DNA of 20,000 nucleotides from Perkinsus olseni (Eukaryota): NCBI GenBank assembly GCA_013115125.1, contig JABANN010000086.1, positions 57,324 to 77,323 of the forward strand, read 5' to 3'. Shown piece by piece: positions 9,313 to 20,000 of this stretch (position 1 is its first letter; each line of letters starts with the position of its first letter). The notes under the pieces were generated by a model. It saw only the letters and a program-made list of their open reading frames with translations, ran no database searches and was not told where the DNA came from. The position numbers and the translations under genes were made by a program.

Positions 9313-11344
9313 TCATGTCCCCCCAGCCATGATTGCAGGGGCGGGTGCGGACTCGGACAACGTCTCCATAGCAAGCCGGTGATACTCAGCCAGCATCCTT
9401 TCGCACGTAGGATTATCCTGAGGGAACGATGGTAGCTGTTGAAACCATAGTAGTGTATAATTCTCTTCACCAGTAGACTGCCACAGCCGTTGAAGGATAC
9501 TATCCAATCCCCTTCCTCGTATACATCATGAACCATGATAGAAGACCTCAGAGCCGTCTCCCTAGGGTAGGCGTTCAGACTCTTCTGCGGCACCAGGCGG
9601 ACACCTGATGCCCCCATCGAACCAGGAACGGAATGGTCTCTATTTAGCGGAAGCGAAAGAGGTAGTAGCTGCAGCATAGGGACTCCGTCAACGTGCCGCG
9701 GCGCGCTAGAATGTCAAAGATGTACATAGTGATAGTAGAGCACGATACAGCGAAGGCGAGAGCGGGGACGAGTCAACCCACCGGCAGCATAACCGGTGGA
9801 GTTGCTGGACAAATCCAGTATCCCCGGCACTAGGAGAAGGTACTGCAGAGGGGACTGCTCGTGGTACTGGCTATCACGATATCTGACCATGGCAGCTGTC
9901 GTGACTGACTACCAGGCAGCGGCACTCACGAGAAGGGGCTGGGGGCGTCCAGCAGGCTCAGCACTCGGTTGAGTAGGGCACGCGACCAGTCGCTGTTACG
10001 CAGGAGGAAGACTGCCGAGTTGAGCATGTTAGCGTCCTCGGGAATCAGCAGGTGGTCCTCTTCGGTCGCCCACCTCCCTATGAATCCCTGGGCTCGAGAA
10101 ATCCGAGAGTACCCAGCCGGGCAGAGGCGGAGATGAGCTCACCTCGATGGTGTCATCCGGATTCATAAAGAAGGCGTCGCAATCGACCCACATGACCCAG
10201 TCCAGTCCGTTGCCCTGCTGCAGTCGCCTCTGTATGGCCTCTATCTTGTTCCGCCAGGCGTGGGCGCTGGGAATGAGCGGAAGCAGGTGATGGTCTATCT
10301 TGTATCTGCTACTGTTGATTTGCTGGACTGCGACTGAAGCCGTACCCTCTAAGTTGGGCATAGGTCTCCTTGTTGGTCCTGGACCAGTAGGGCAGCTGAG
10401 TATTGTTATGAGGATAGTGCCCGAATGATACTATTATTATCGAGGAGGGCAGCGGCGGGGAGGGTCCAGCCCCGTGCCTATCACAATCGTCTTGACGTGC
10501 TCGATAGTCCCATAACAGTGTGTACCGCACGGTGGCAGGCTAGGCGCTGCTAGGTGGTTCTATTGTTCGCTCTATGACTAAGTTGAGTGTACACGCTTAT
10601 TCTTCAACTTACTCTTGTGCTACACACTGCTACGCAGGCTGCCACTATACAGCGGTGCTCACCTCCAGTGGCCAGCCTCTGCCTGCCGTAGTTGACTGGC
10701 CGAAGCAACAAGTCTTGACAGGTCCACAGGCCATCGACTGATGCTGATTGCGTCGCCCAGATCACCGAATCTGGCGCACAAAAAAGGGACAACCCACCAC
10801 CATCACGGGTAGCCCGTCTCACCTATGGAAGTACAGCAGCTTAGCGAGATGGATGATCCTCAAGGCACGTGAACCGAAGGCATCTTCTCCAGAGGCGAGG
10901 AGTATTTCAGCGTAGACATGGAGGAGAGAGCTTGTACCGAGCGGGCACCTTAAGATTAGGGGATGGAGTGGTACGAAACCATACCGCTCGGACCCGACTT
11001 ACCTACTCGAGGGCTATGGTAGGGTCAGGGATGCCGTATGGCACGAGGACGTCCGAGAGAAGGTCCAGGGCTCGGCTCAGCAACGCATCCAAAGGCGCTG
11101 AATGAGTGGCAACTCACGGGCGGCAAGTGCCCAAGCCCTCACCATCTTCGAAGGGCAGCTCGGCTCCGGTCACGAAGGCATGGACCTCATTCCACCGCTG
11201 AGGATTGGTCAGGCCCAGCCCGGAGTCGCCGTCGCAGTTGCCTTCTGCCAAAAACTTATCCAACAGCCAGTGACCACGGGGGGACTCCGCCGCGGTGCAG
11301 CGAAGGACAAGAGCCGGTAGCAAGAGCAGGTTGATGAGGGGCAT
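9313..11344 (-). CDS. GT34-like glycosyltransferase (GMA12/MNN10 galactosyl/xylosyltransferase type), multi-exon, with signal peptide
   Basis: Signal peptide MPLINLLLLPALVLRCTAAE; NKETYAQLRGY; AWRNKIEAIQRRL...DWVMWVDCDAFFMN (DxD motif); MLNSAVFLLRNSDWSRALL; LVPQKSLNAYP...YEEGDWIVSFNGC; last exon DNPTCERML...AGGT* (TGA 9313-9315). The N-terminal exons are less certain. Confidence 0.85.
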
Positions 11345-11434
11345 GAAGGCTGAGGACCCGACAGTGGGGGCGGAGCGAAACGCAAATCACGGAGAATTTA
11401 AATTAGCGATATCACGTTAAGGGGAATATCGTGC

Positions 11435-14400
11435 TCAAGGCGACGGCACACGATTGGACAGCATGTTGCCATCTCGATCTCGCTTGCCGAAGTGAACAGA
11501 AACGCCGTCCATAATCACACAAAGCAACTTGCGGACATCCTCAATGTAGTCCAAAGCAGAGAGCTCGAGGCCTCGACCGTTGAGGGCCTGCAAGCGAAGC
11601 ATCCCAGCGCGGAGTCAACGATACGACCCCACCTGTGCATAGATGTCCATCGCCATGTCGATCGCAGTCCGAACCCCTGTGCCGAGGATCACTCCGAGGG
11701 CCTCGGACACTCGGATTGGCATCCACCGCTCAAAGAAGGCCTCATTGGCGTGCCGGTCGTATCTTACTTCCAACGCACGTGACAGAATGTGATGCCAAGG
11801 CCAGCCTTACAGGAGATCAAAGCACACAGAGAAGGCTATGATGGTGACAGGGTCCACTACGGAGCACTGTCGTATGACAGAGCCCTTCGCCCCTCCCCTG
11901 GCATAGCGTTCCAAGTAGACTATATACTCCATGTGGGGTATCGGCTCCCTCGCTGCCTTCACCAGCGACGACAACCTGAGACGGACAATCAACTCCTGCC
12001 AGGTCAAGCGAGGAAGATACAGAGCGCGAAGATTCTTCTATCAGCGGCATCATCCACGACGAGTGCCCAAATCAGGAAAATTCAGGTTGAAGGAATAACA
12101 GTGCAATCACGCCCAGGATTGAACGACTAGATATGGCCCGCTATCACTGGGAACTACAAGTTCTCCTCGCCCGAGAGAGAGGTCAGAGAGCAAGTGAGCA
12201 ACTCCTAGCAAAGCGGTGTTACCTCGAGGCCTTGTCGATCTTAGCACGCTCAGTGTACTGAACCCACGCCTGCTTCCCTGTGTCATGCAGGGCGAACTTC
12301 GGCGACAGTGCCGCGGCGAGGCACGCCGTCAACAGCTGCCATTGCTTCACCGCCGGGGCCCTGAGGACGACAGGGAGAATCGGTAGGAGCTCTCCATATA
12401 CAATGTGCTGCACACGTCGCTCCGCATAAAGAGCGCTTCCGGCTGTCGCGCCAATTCCACACCGACAAGGGCAATCAAGGCCGACTCTATCCCTAGCTCA
12501 CTCTGTCGTAGTGGTGGCCAACGCCGGGCCTTTCCGATACACAAAATCAACAAGTTGCCGCCGTGTATTTCGCACTCCCAGAAGGCTCCTATTGTTGTAT
12601 CCACTCCGCCAGGCGAAATCAGAAGCCCGCTGAGGTCCGTAGTTGGAGTACAGCTTGTCCCACTGTTCGAAGACCTCAACCAGGTGCGCATGGTCCGAGA
12701 TGTCGCTCACGGCGTACCCGAACATCATTTCCTCGGGGGCCAGCTGCGCTGAGATTAACACAAATCCTAGGGGGATCTCCGCTGTAGTCTCACCGCTGGG
12801 AGGCAGATCTCTGTCCTGTACCGAAAGGGCGCTAGGGTCCCCCTGGCACAATATGGCAGCTATCGTCGCTGCCTTGTCGAAGACTCTGATAAAGGGACAA
12901 GGCTGTGGCATGATCCAGTCGTAATCCGTGTGAAGAGGAGCAAGGCCGTGGCGTTACCCTAATATGAGAGAGTAGATGAGAGACAGCCCCACAGGCGGGT
13001 CCGCAGGCAGGTCGGCCAAGAATACCCCGATGTCCGACAGCTGGCCGGTGTTGCCCTGAACAAACCATCATACATCGACCGGTCAATTCATTGGACAAGT
13101 TGAGTGAGGCGCGCGCGATTGCAATTGGGAGGGAACACATGAGGACGAGACCTGAGTGCCTCCACGATTTTACGATCTTTCCGAGTATAGTGCTGTGCGA
13201 GCGCGTTCAAACAGGGGCCGCGGCAAAAGCGGCCGCCAGTGCGATCCTCACATCGACAGCCCTCATGGTCATGAGTCTCCGCAGAGCATCTTCCACTGCC
13301 TGAACTGGTGGAGGGTCGATACATGCGTGCAACACAGATCGAGGATCCCCCAAGCGTAATCTCAAGACGGCCAGTATCTATCAGCACAGCGGAAACTCCT
13401 GCACGCCTGAGCAGGCTGAGGGCCGCCTACCGGTTCCATCATCTCACAGCGCATCATCTCCGGCATGATGTGCTCCTGCAGCTGCTCATACCGGGCCCTT
13501 GTGATGAGGTGGAAACAATATCTGGACGGAACGAGAACCGCCAGCCTGCTGCTTCGTGATTCGCTCACCCATCCTGAACTCTGCCACACCGCCCTCGACG
13601 CTGCTTGCAGTTTGACTTGCCTGCCAAGGACGATCGCACCGATTCGGCACCACTGCGACTTACCAGCCCAGGAGACGTCGAGACTCGACATCTGCCGCTC
13701 CGAGTGGAAGAACTTCAGTTTGCATTTACACGTGTCAATAATATACACCTGAGCCACGAACAAAGTAAGGAGCGAAAAACCTAGGGAAATGATTGCTGCC
13801 TCACCGCATCCTCGATGGTGAGGGAGGTCTCCGCGATATTGGTGGACAGAATGCACTTCCGTCGGCCAGGACGGGGCTTCTGGAAGACTCTCTGCTGGTC
13901 CTGAAAGTAGACATGGGCCCCGCGCGAGTTTTGGCGTCCCCGGCCCGCCCGGCCCGCTATCCAGGACAGGCTCTCCCCGCCCGGCCCGCCCGCTCAAGCC
14001 CGCTCCCCCGCCGGGATGCCGGGATCCCGGGGGACCCGGGTACCCGCAGCAGGTTGAACAAGAGTTGGCGCGTTTTTCACGCTATGCGTGCACCGCTAAT
14101 GGATTTTTTTGTGCCACGAGGCAGCAGCAAGGCAACATCATCATCTTCCCGCGGTCGCGGGGACCAGCGGGCGGTCCGGGGATGCGGGGCGGGACAGAGC
14201 AGCGGGTAACCCGGCATTAGATAGCGGGCGGCGGGGAAATCGTAAAAACTCACCCGCCCGCCCGCTGCCCGGGGAGCAGCGGGCGGGCCGGGATTCCGCT
14301 AGCGGGCCGGGAATTTTGCCCATGTCTACCTGAAGGAACAGCCCATATCCGAAGAGACGAGCCCGGGATGGCTGAGCCTCACCTCAGGAGGGATCTGTGA

Positions 14401-17400
14401 GTGCAGCGGCATGAGGTCGAAGACGTTGTTGATCTCCGGCTCCTGCTTGAGCACCCATAGCAAGCTCTGGATGGACGGCCAGCCAGGCAGGAACACGACG
14501 ACCGCACCTCCCTAATACGCTCACAGCCTCCAGCTTTGCCGTAGTTACTGTATGAGCTTACTTCAACACCATGAGTGAGAGCCGTCCACCGAAGGATGCT
14601 AACTATGAGGTGGGTAGGTAGCTCCCGCTCATCGACGGACTCGACGCCTTCTATAACATTCGGTGAATACCCATGCCCCAGCACTTGCCGAGACTGAAGG
14701 GGAGGACACCGATGAGGGTCGAGAGGTGGTCACAACAAGCACGGTATATCAAGAATTAGACTTGCTGTTGGAACAACCATTCTCAGCGGGTTGCTTAGAA
14801 TTCGCTGCCCGAACCAGTCTGACTAAGCCGCTATTCGGCCATGGACTGGATATTCACACACAGCGTAACAGCGAGCACAGGCGACAAGGTCTGCCTCCAG
14901 ACCTAGGCTGGACGCCTGCATGAGGCAGCCCCGAAGACAGGCGCCGCAGCCCCGTGAGTGAATCCTGTACGACAGTCCGTACAGATCCGTTCAATCCTAC
15001 ATTCATATTCCTGTTAACACGGAACATAGAGTCGCCAATTGACGAGCAATTAGCCCGGCTCCGCCTGGCGTGAGGATCGTAGTTAATTAATTCACACACA
15101 TCCTCTAGGTAGTAGGTCGTGACCTGACATCATACGCCTTCTACGCGGCCGCGCCGTAGAGCGATCCAAACGCGGACACGGGCTCGCTCCGCCGCTCACC
15201 TTGTGCTGCTGCTTTTTAATATGCAAAGTCTGTCTCTCCGGCACCAGACTGAAGTACCGGGCGAAGTGCTCTTCATCCGCCGTAGCGCTCATAAGGATTA
15301 TCCGAATGCCCGTTCGGCCAACGACATGACTGAGAACAAACCGGCTGTGGCGGAGCGGATAGCCGAACACCGACAGACCTCTTCAATATGGCCAGCAAGA
15401 AGTCCGTCTGCAGGTCACGCTCGTGAATCTCATCGACGATAATATGGGAGATGCCTTTCAGCCCTCGACTGAGACGCCTTAGTAGCGTTCCCGTCGTGCA
15501 GTACTGGACCTGCCACCGGGAGCTCTTGTGCATGCGTGCATGACCAATGCCATGGCAATTACCGATCCGTATGGCCTCTGAGGGTTCTTGGTGTCGAATC
15601 GGACACTGTAGCCGACGGTATCAGCACCGACTGCCTCGCCTCGCTCCCCCGCTACTCGAGAAGCCACCGAAGTAGCGGCTAGCCGCCTGAACAAAGCGTC
15701 TTCAAAGGGCAGAGAACGAGCCAGCAGTGGACTCCTCTCCACATGGGTCACGACTTCGCGCTTGCGATGAAGGCGAGGCAGGGTTCTCTCTTAGAATGCT
15801 TCGGACAACGAATAGAGCTCGCCCAGCTGGAGTAGCTCCGGACGAATTACGAAATTCACGGTACCACTCGAAACAGCTTTAGTAATAGATCGACACCATA
15901 AGATACTGACCGGACAGTAGACCCTCCATTCGATGAACAACTTTATGTAGTGGAACCTCTACTATTATGAGAATCACAAGGTGATACTCGAGTTCGCCCT
16001 CAAGAGAGCACGCCCGCGGGCGGCAAGGAAGGAGGGGGCTCTAAGGGCCGCTCCCGCCCCGGATCCAGTCCCTCCCTCCGGGCCGCCTCCCTTTCCTCCT
16101 ACCTTGGCTGTGTGACTATGACGTTACAGTTGAGGGCCTTGTCGTTCATGATATAGTGATCCATTATGAACTGGGGTATCTGAGTCGTCTTGCCCGATCC
16201 AGTGGCTCCGGATACCAAAACAACCTGAAGAAATAACTTATCTTAAGGCCGCCACAACAGACTTGTTTACGTACACAGATGAAACGCGTCGCTTCCCAGC
16301 AAAGCTCACTGGCGGATTGCCCGAGAGACGCCAATGCCTAGGTACTACCTGGTGCTGGTCTACCATGTCCAACAGCTTATCTCGCGACTGGTCCACCGGC
16401 AGCTCATCTCGGAAGGGGTGGGAGGCCAAGTACCTGCGCAAGCCTTCTCCTTGCTCCTCCTGTACGAGCACAGCAGCAGAGCCTGCCTACTCCCTTCTCG
16501 CTGCCCTTTCCGTCTTAGCCCGGGCGTTCATGGCCTCAGCTGACTCCGTTGGTGTGATGTCGATCTGCTTCCGAGGGTCATACGTCCCTACACAGACTAG
16601 CGTCTCGCTTGGGAAGAACCGCGATTCACGAAGCCAATACTTTCAACAGCACTAGAACGGAGCCTTCTCATTCCGGGTGCAAAGCGATCATCCAAGCACC
16701 ATCCGATGACTCACCATTAGGCTCCTGCCACTGTATGGCGTCGATATCGGGTCCCCTGCTCAAAGGACTCGGCTCCACCCTCAGACACGGCAGCAGCTGG
16801 ACGTATCGCTCGGTCGGAGGCGGCGGCGGCGGTGGCAACTGTATCTGACTCGACATCACTCAATCCCGCGCATCGCCTTCACTGCAGCCCTACCTTCCAC
16901 TTCCCCAGACTGCTGAGAATATCCTCCACTATGGGTCTCGGCAAGTCGGCCGGCTTCGGCATGGCATTGGCCGACGTCCGCTGCATCTGGTTCGTCACCC
17001 CATTGCTCATCGTCACCTACGAGACCTCTCCCACGGACCCCTCCGTCGCCCTCACCCTACGCTCTTCCCAGTATTAGCAGGCATGAGGCCTCTTTCATAC
17101 AGGAAGCTGCAGATGTCCAGGGCTAGGTACTGCGACGCTATCTTCTTGTTGATGGCCGTCTCCGTGAAGGTGAGTCGTATCCCCTCTCTGACCACACGAG
17201 AGCTCTGCCATACGGATGAGCGCGGTCTTACGATGGGACTGGGTGGTTGTAGGAGGCGATCCAACCCGCAGTCGAGGGCTGCCTTGGGTTCACTGCCCGA
17301 TACACGAAGTCCGTTGGCATCTGAGCAGTAACATGCTACCTGTAACGCATTCATGGGGCTAAGCCTGTCAAAGAAAAGCGTATAGAGCCGTCGTAAGATT

Positions 17401-18305
17401 CCTCTCGGCCACTCAGAGAGACCGGCAGCGCCATGCCGAGAGCACGACTCAACCGAAATGCAGCGCCGGTTCATCCACCCACGTCGTTAAACTGTAGACC
17501 AAGTCCTGCACACAGTTGAAGATGCTCATCCCCACCCTATACCACCTTCCGTCTCTTCAGCCACTCGAAGACAGCTGCCTTAGCGTTGTCGGAGTTGTAT
17601 CTGCCACATTCAGATCGACTAGTGCTACCCCCGCTTATTACTACCCCGCAGGACCATTCCGGAATACAGCAGCAGCGGGAGATCTCGCCGCACCGCCCGG
17701 AGATGATGTCGTTGGCGGCGTCTCTGGATCGCTACATTCGTACCTGACCGACCGACCTCCCTCAATGACATTTCGTTTCCCCTCCCTATTACCACTCCAT
17801 GGCGGCCGTGTCCACGCCTAGGGATTTCTTCCCCTTCTGCTTCTTACTGATCAACCCGAACCATCTGAAGCTCCTTCCTCCCGACCCGACACTACCTTCC
17901 ACTGGCTGCTTCCAAAAGAGCCGAATCACCCAAAGATTCCAAAAGCTTTAGACATGCTTCATCAGAAGCCTTTGCCTTGTTCAGACCTAAGCCTGAAGCC
18001 TGTCAAAATATCGCCAGTGTCTTCTACCAGTACTACCCGTCCCTCGTGACTGCTTCCCGATGGCCTCGACGATCGCAACGCAAACCCACGGTGCGGTGGG
18101 AGCTGAAATCACCGATCCAGTATACAAGTCAAGCCTACCCAGCTATACTACCACTCCTATCGCATCGAAGCTCGAGCTTGAGACCCTTCTTCTGACAGTA
18201 CTCATAGAGCTCCTTCCTGGGCCTCCCTTGGGCGTAATGCCCTATCGAAGCGGCGGGAGAATCAGCAGCTACTTGGGGTGGTGACACGGTGGTGATACTA
18301 CTCAT
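11435..18305 (-). CDS. DHX9: DExH-box RNA helicase, DHX9 / RNA helicase A (maleless)-like, with two N-terminal dsRBDs; many introns
   Basis: dsRBD1 [14 protein letters not shown]...[23 protein letters not shown]; dsRBD2 [14 protein letters not shown]...[20 protein letters not shown]; motif [14 protein letters not shown]; Ia [16 protein letters not shown]; Ib [74 protein letters not shown]2/OB-type C-terminus. ATG 18305, inferred TGA 11435-11437. Confidence 0.88.
13908..14328. mobile_element. Non-autonomous hAT-like DNA transposon (MITE), 421 bp, inside a helicase intron
   Basis: Perfect 11-bp TIRs TAGACATGGGC (13908-13918) / GCCCATGTCTA (14318-14328). 8-bp TSD CCTGAAAG (13900-13907) / CCTGAAGG (14329-14336), 1 mismatch. 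Very GC-rich with many subterminal CCCGC/GCGGG repeats. An 8-bp TSD and short TIRs starting TAG are typical of hAT elements. Confidence 0.9.
15687..16102 (-). other. Unusually long (416 nt) structured intron splitting helicase motif Ia
   Basis: Donor CAGCCAAG|GTAGG at 16102 and acceptor TTTGTTCAG|GCGG at 15687 rejoin TQPR-RLAA in frame. Most other introns in this gene are under 100 nt. Confidence 0.8.
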
Positions 18306-18483
18306 ACGTTACAGCGCCCAAAACTTGAGCGAATTTACAAACATTCAACTTCTGACCAACAAACTTCGTCCAAACGCCTGTCTCTATTATACCCAACCAG
18401 TCTCAACTAAACCCCGCCTCGAGGCGAATCAAGTGATCCGACTAACGCAAAGCCACCAAGGCCGCTGGAAACATCACATCAGT

Positions 18484-19176
18484 TCAATCATCTGTCACCA
18501 CTGGCGTGCTCATTTTTTTCTTCCTCCCCACAGTATTCTTCTCTCTGTACTGCGCCATCTTCGTCTCATAGTCACCCCATTGGCTCCTCAGCATCACCAT
18601 ATGCTCATCCAACTTCTGTCGGTTGGTCTTGGTCGACACCATGCCTGCCTGCGGCGCTCCCACCACATTAAGAGAGACATGAGTCCTACCTAGTCCCGTC
18701 GTGATGAAAAATCCTATCAGAAAAATTGCCCCCACCCCAATAAGGACGTGCCCCTCGTACGCACGCTTCCGTATCTTCTCCCTCCACTTGTCTTTATTGA
18801 AGGTGAACACTGAACGAAGGCCACAATACCGACGACCACGCAGGGAATCAGTCCCGGGACTAGATTCCTAGAGGACCGAGAAACGCCCCCAGGACCTTCA
18901 CGGTGTACCACTCCAACCGGAACTCTCCATGCCGTCAATAACCTACTACCTTCAAACCCCCACAGCTGTCAAACGATCCCTCCCAGGCACCCCAGGTTCA
19001 CCCGCTCCATAAGAGCTCACGACCTCCCCCGCACTACTTCTTCCCAGAATGCCCAGACTCCGCAGGGTCGGCGTCTCGACCTCCCTGTAGAAAGCGTAGG
19101 AGCCCTCCTTTACATGGTCCGTGTGATGGGAAGCGTAGACCTTGTGCTCAGAGAAGTTCTTCCGTACGGAGCTCAT
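18484..19176 (-). CDS. Hypothetical small membrane protein, multi-exon
   Basis: ATG 19176 MSSVRKNFSEHKVY...SAGEV | LWGFEGSRLLTAWRVPVGVVHRE | VFTFNKDKWREKIRKRAYEGHVLIGVGAIFLIGFFITTGL...STPVVTDD*, joined through phase-compatible GT-AG introns. One hydrophobic helix. Confidence 0.6.
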
Positions 19177-20000
19177 GGCAATGACAAACAGCTCGGCGTG
19201 GGCATTCCGTGGGCCTGTGACGCCTCAGCAGGTGTGAGGACGGACCGAGTCCGAGCGCACTGTATTCGTTAGCCTGGTGAATAAAATATGAAAGATCCAC
19301 GACTCGAGCCGACGCGAAGATGAGAACTCGTCGCAGTCTGCGACGAATAGAATGAAGATTTTCGCGAGCACCAACTCGACTACGATGTCAAACATTCGTA
19401 GACTAATAGTCGATCAGTAGAGCGCTCCGCCTGACGACGCATACACGAGGGTTCTATCCGACCACCCGCAATCATATGAGGCGCCCTTAAAGCGTTTTAC
19501 AAAAATCACCGCTCACTACGACAATTTAATCACTCATTCCGTTGACGAGTCTTCCCTTCTCGTCCGTGCTGAACTACCGATAAAGCTTCATTTGCTTCCC
19601 TCCACTCTTAGACAACACGACACATCATCAATCCGTTGGGGTAGACTTTCGACTTGCCCCTCCAACGACTCGGAGCGCCTACAAGACTACTCACTACCGC
19701 CATCACCATCATCAGTAGTATGCATGAACTGTGCCCTGCGACGGAGCGGGCAGGGACAAGTCTGTAGCGGATCGGAATGTGCCGACCATCTTCAGCCAAG
19801 CGGCCCGCGGCCGGGAAGGCAAGATGCTCTTCATGAGGCACAGCGAGGAGGTCAATAATAATAATTATACACAAGAAGAGGAGCCGGATCTTCGGTTCAG
19901 TCGACAGTGATGAGCACTTGTAGCACTTGTGAGCAGTTTTGATCATCGCTCGCCCTTTAATTCATCTGCTCAGTAACGATAAGATATGCTTGAGTAGTTG

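Noticed and set aside
9050-9316. 88-aa minus-strand ORF whose ATG overlaps the GT34 stop (ATGA)
   Set aside because: Bacterial-style coupling is not expected here, the peptide has no recognisable features, and it is probably 3' UTR or spacer.
13793-14333. Pro/Arg/Gly-rich ORFs across the GC-rich insert
   Set aside because: By-products of the very GC-rich MITE. No transposase catalytic domain, and the helicase frame resumes exactly on either side.
11492-17821. Many + strand ORFs of 60-140 aa overlapping the helicase
   Set aside because: Antisense shadows of the minus-strand exons, which carry all conserved motifs.
19592-19946. Possible + strand terminal exon (DKSVADRNVPTIFSQAARGREGKMLFMRHSEE...RQ*, about 19754-19910) and nearby ORFs
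   Set aside because: Protein-like, but I could not link it to a convincing start or upstream exons.

Overview
Compact eukaryotic DNA rich in short (about 45-90 nt) GT-AG introns. Gene content and style suggest an alveolate such as Perkinsus (inference). I reconstructed the 3' end of a + strand hypothetical gene (1-939) and a tightly packed minus-strand run: an intronless pepsin-fold protein with degenerate catalytic motifs, NTMT1/NTM1 methyltransferase, mitochondrial-type ribosomal protein uL2, a GT34-like glycosyltransferase, a DHX9/RNA helicase A-like DEIH helicase with two dsRBDs, and a small membrane protein. Three features stand out. (1) A 421-bp non-autonomous hAT-like element (11-bp TIRs, 8-bp TSD) sits exactly on a splice acceptor of the helicase. 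Its TSD duplicates the CAG acceptor and its TIR creates a new GT donor, so it could be spliced out without a trace (introner-like or recursive splice site). (2) An unusually long, structured, G-rich intron lies in the same helicase gene. (3) A roughly 310-nt intergenic segment (1288-1600) consists almost entirely of consecutive hairpins closed by a terminal helix, a candidate structured ncRNA. All gene models were assembled by eye and no database searches were run.
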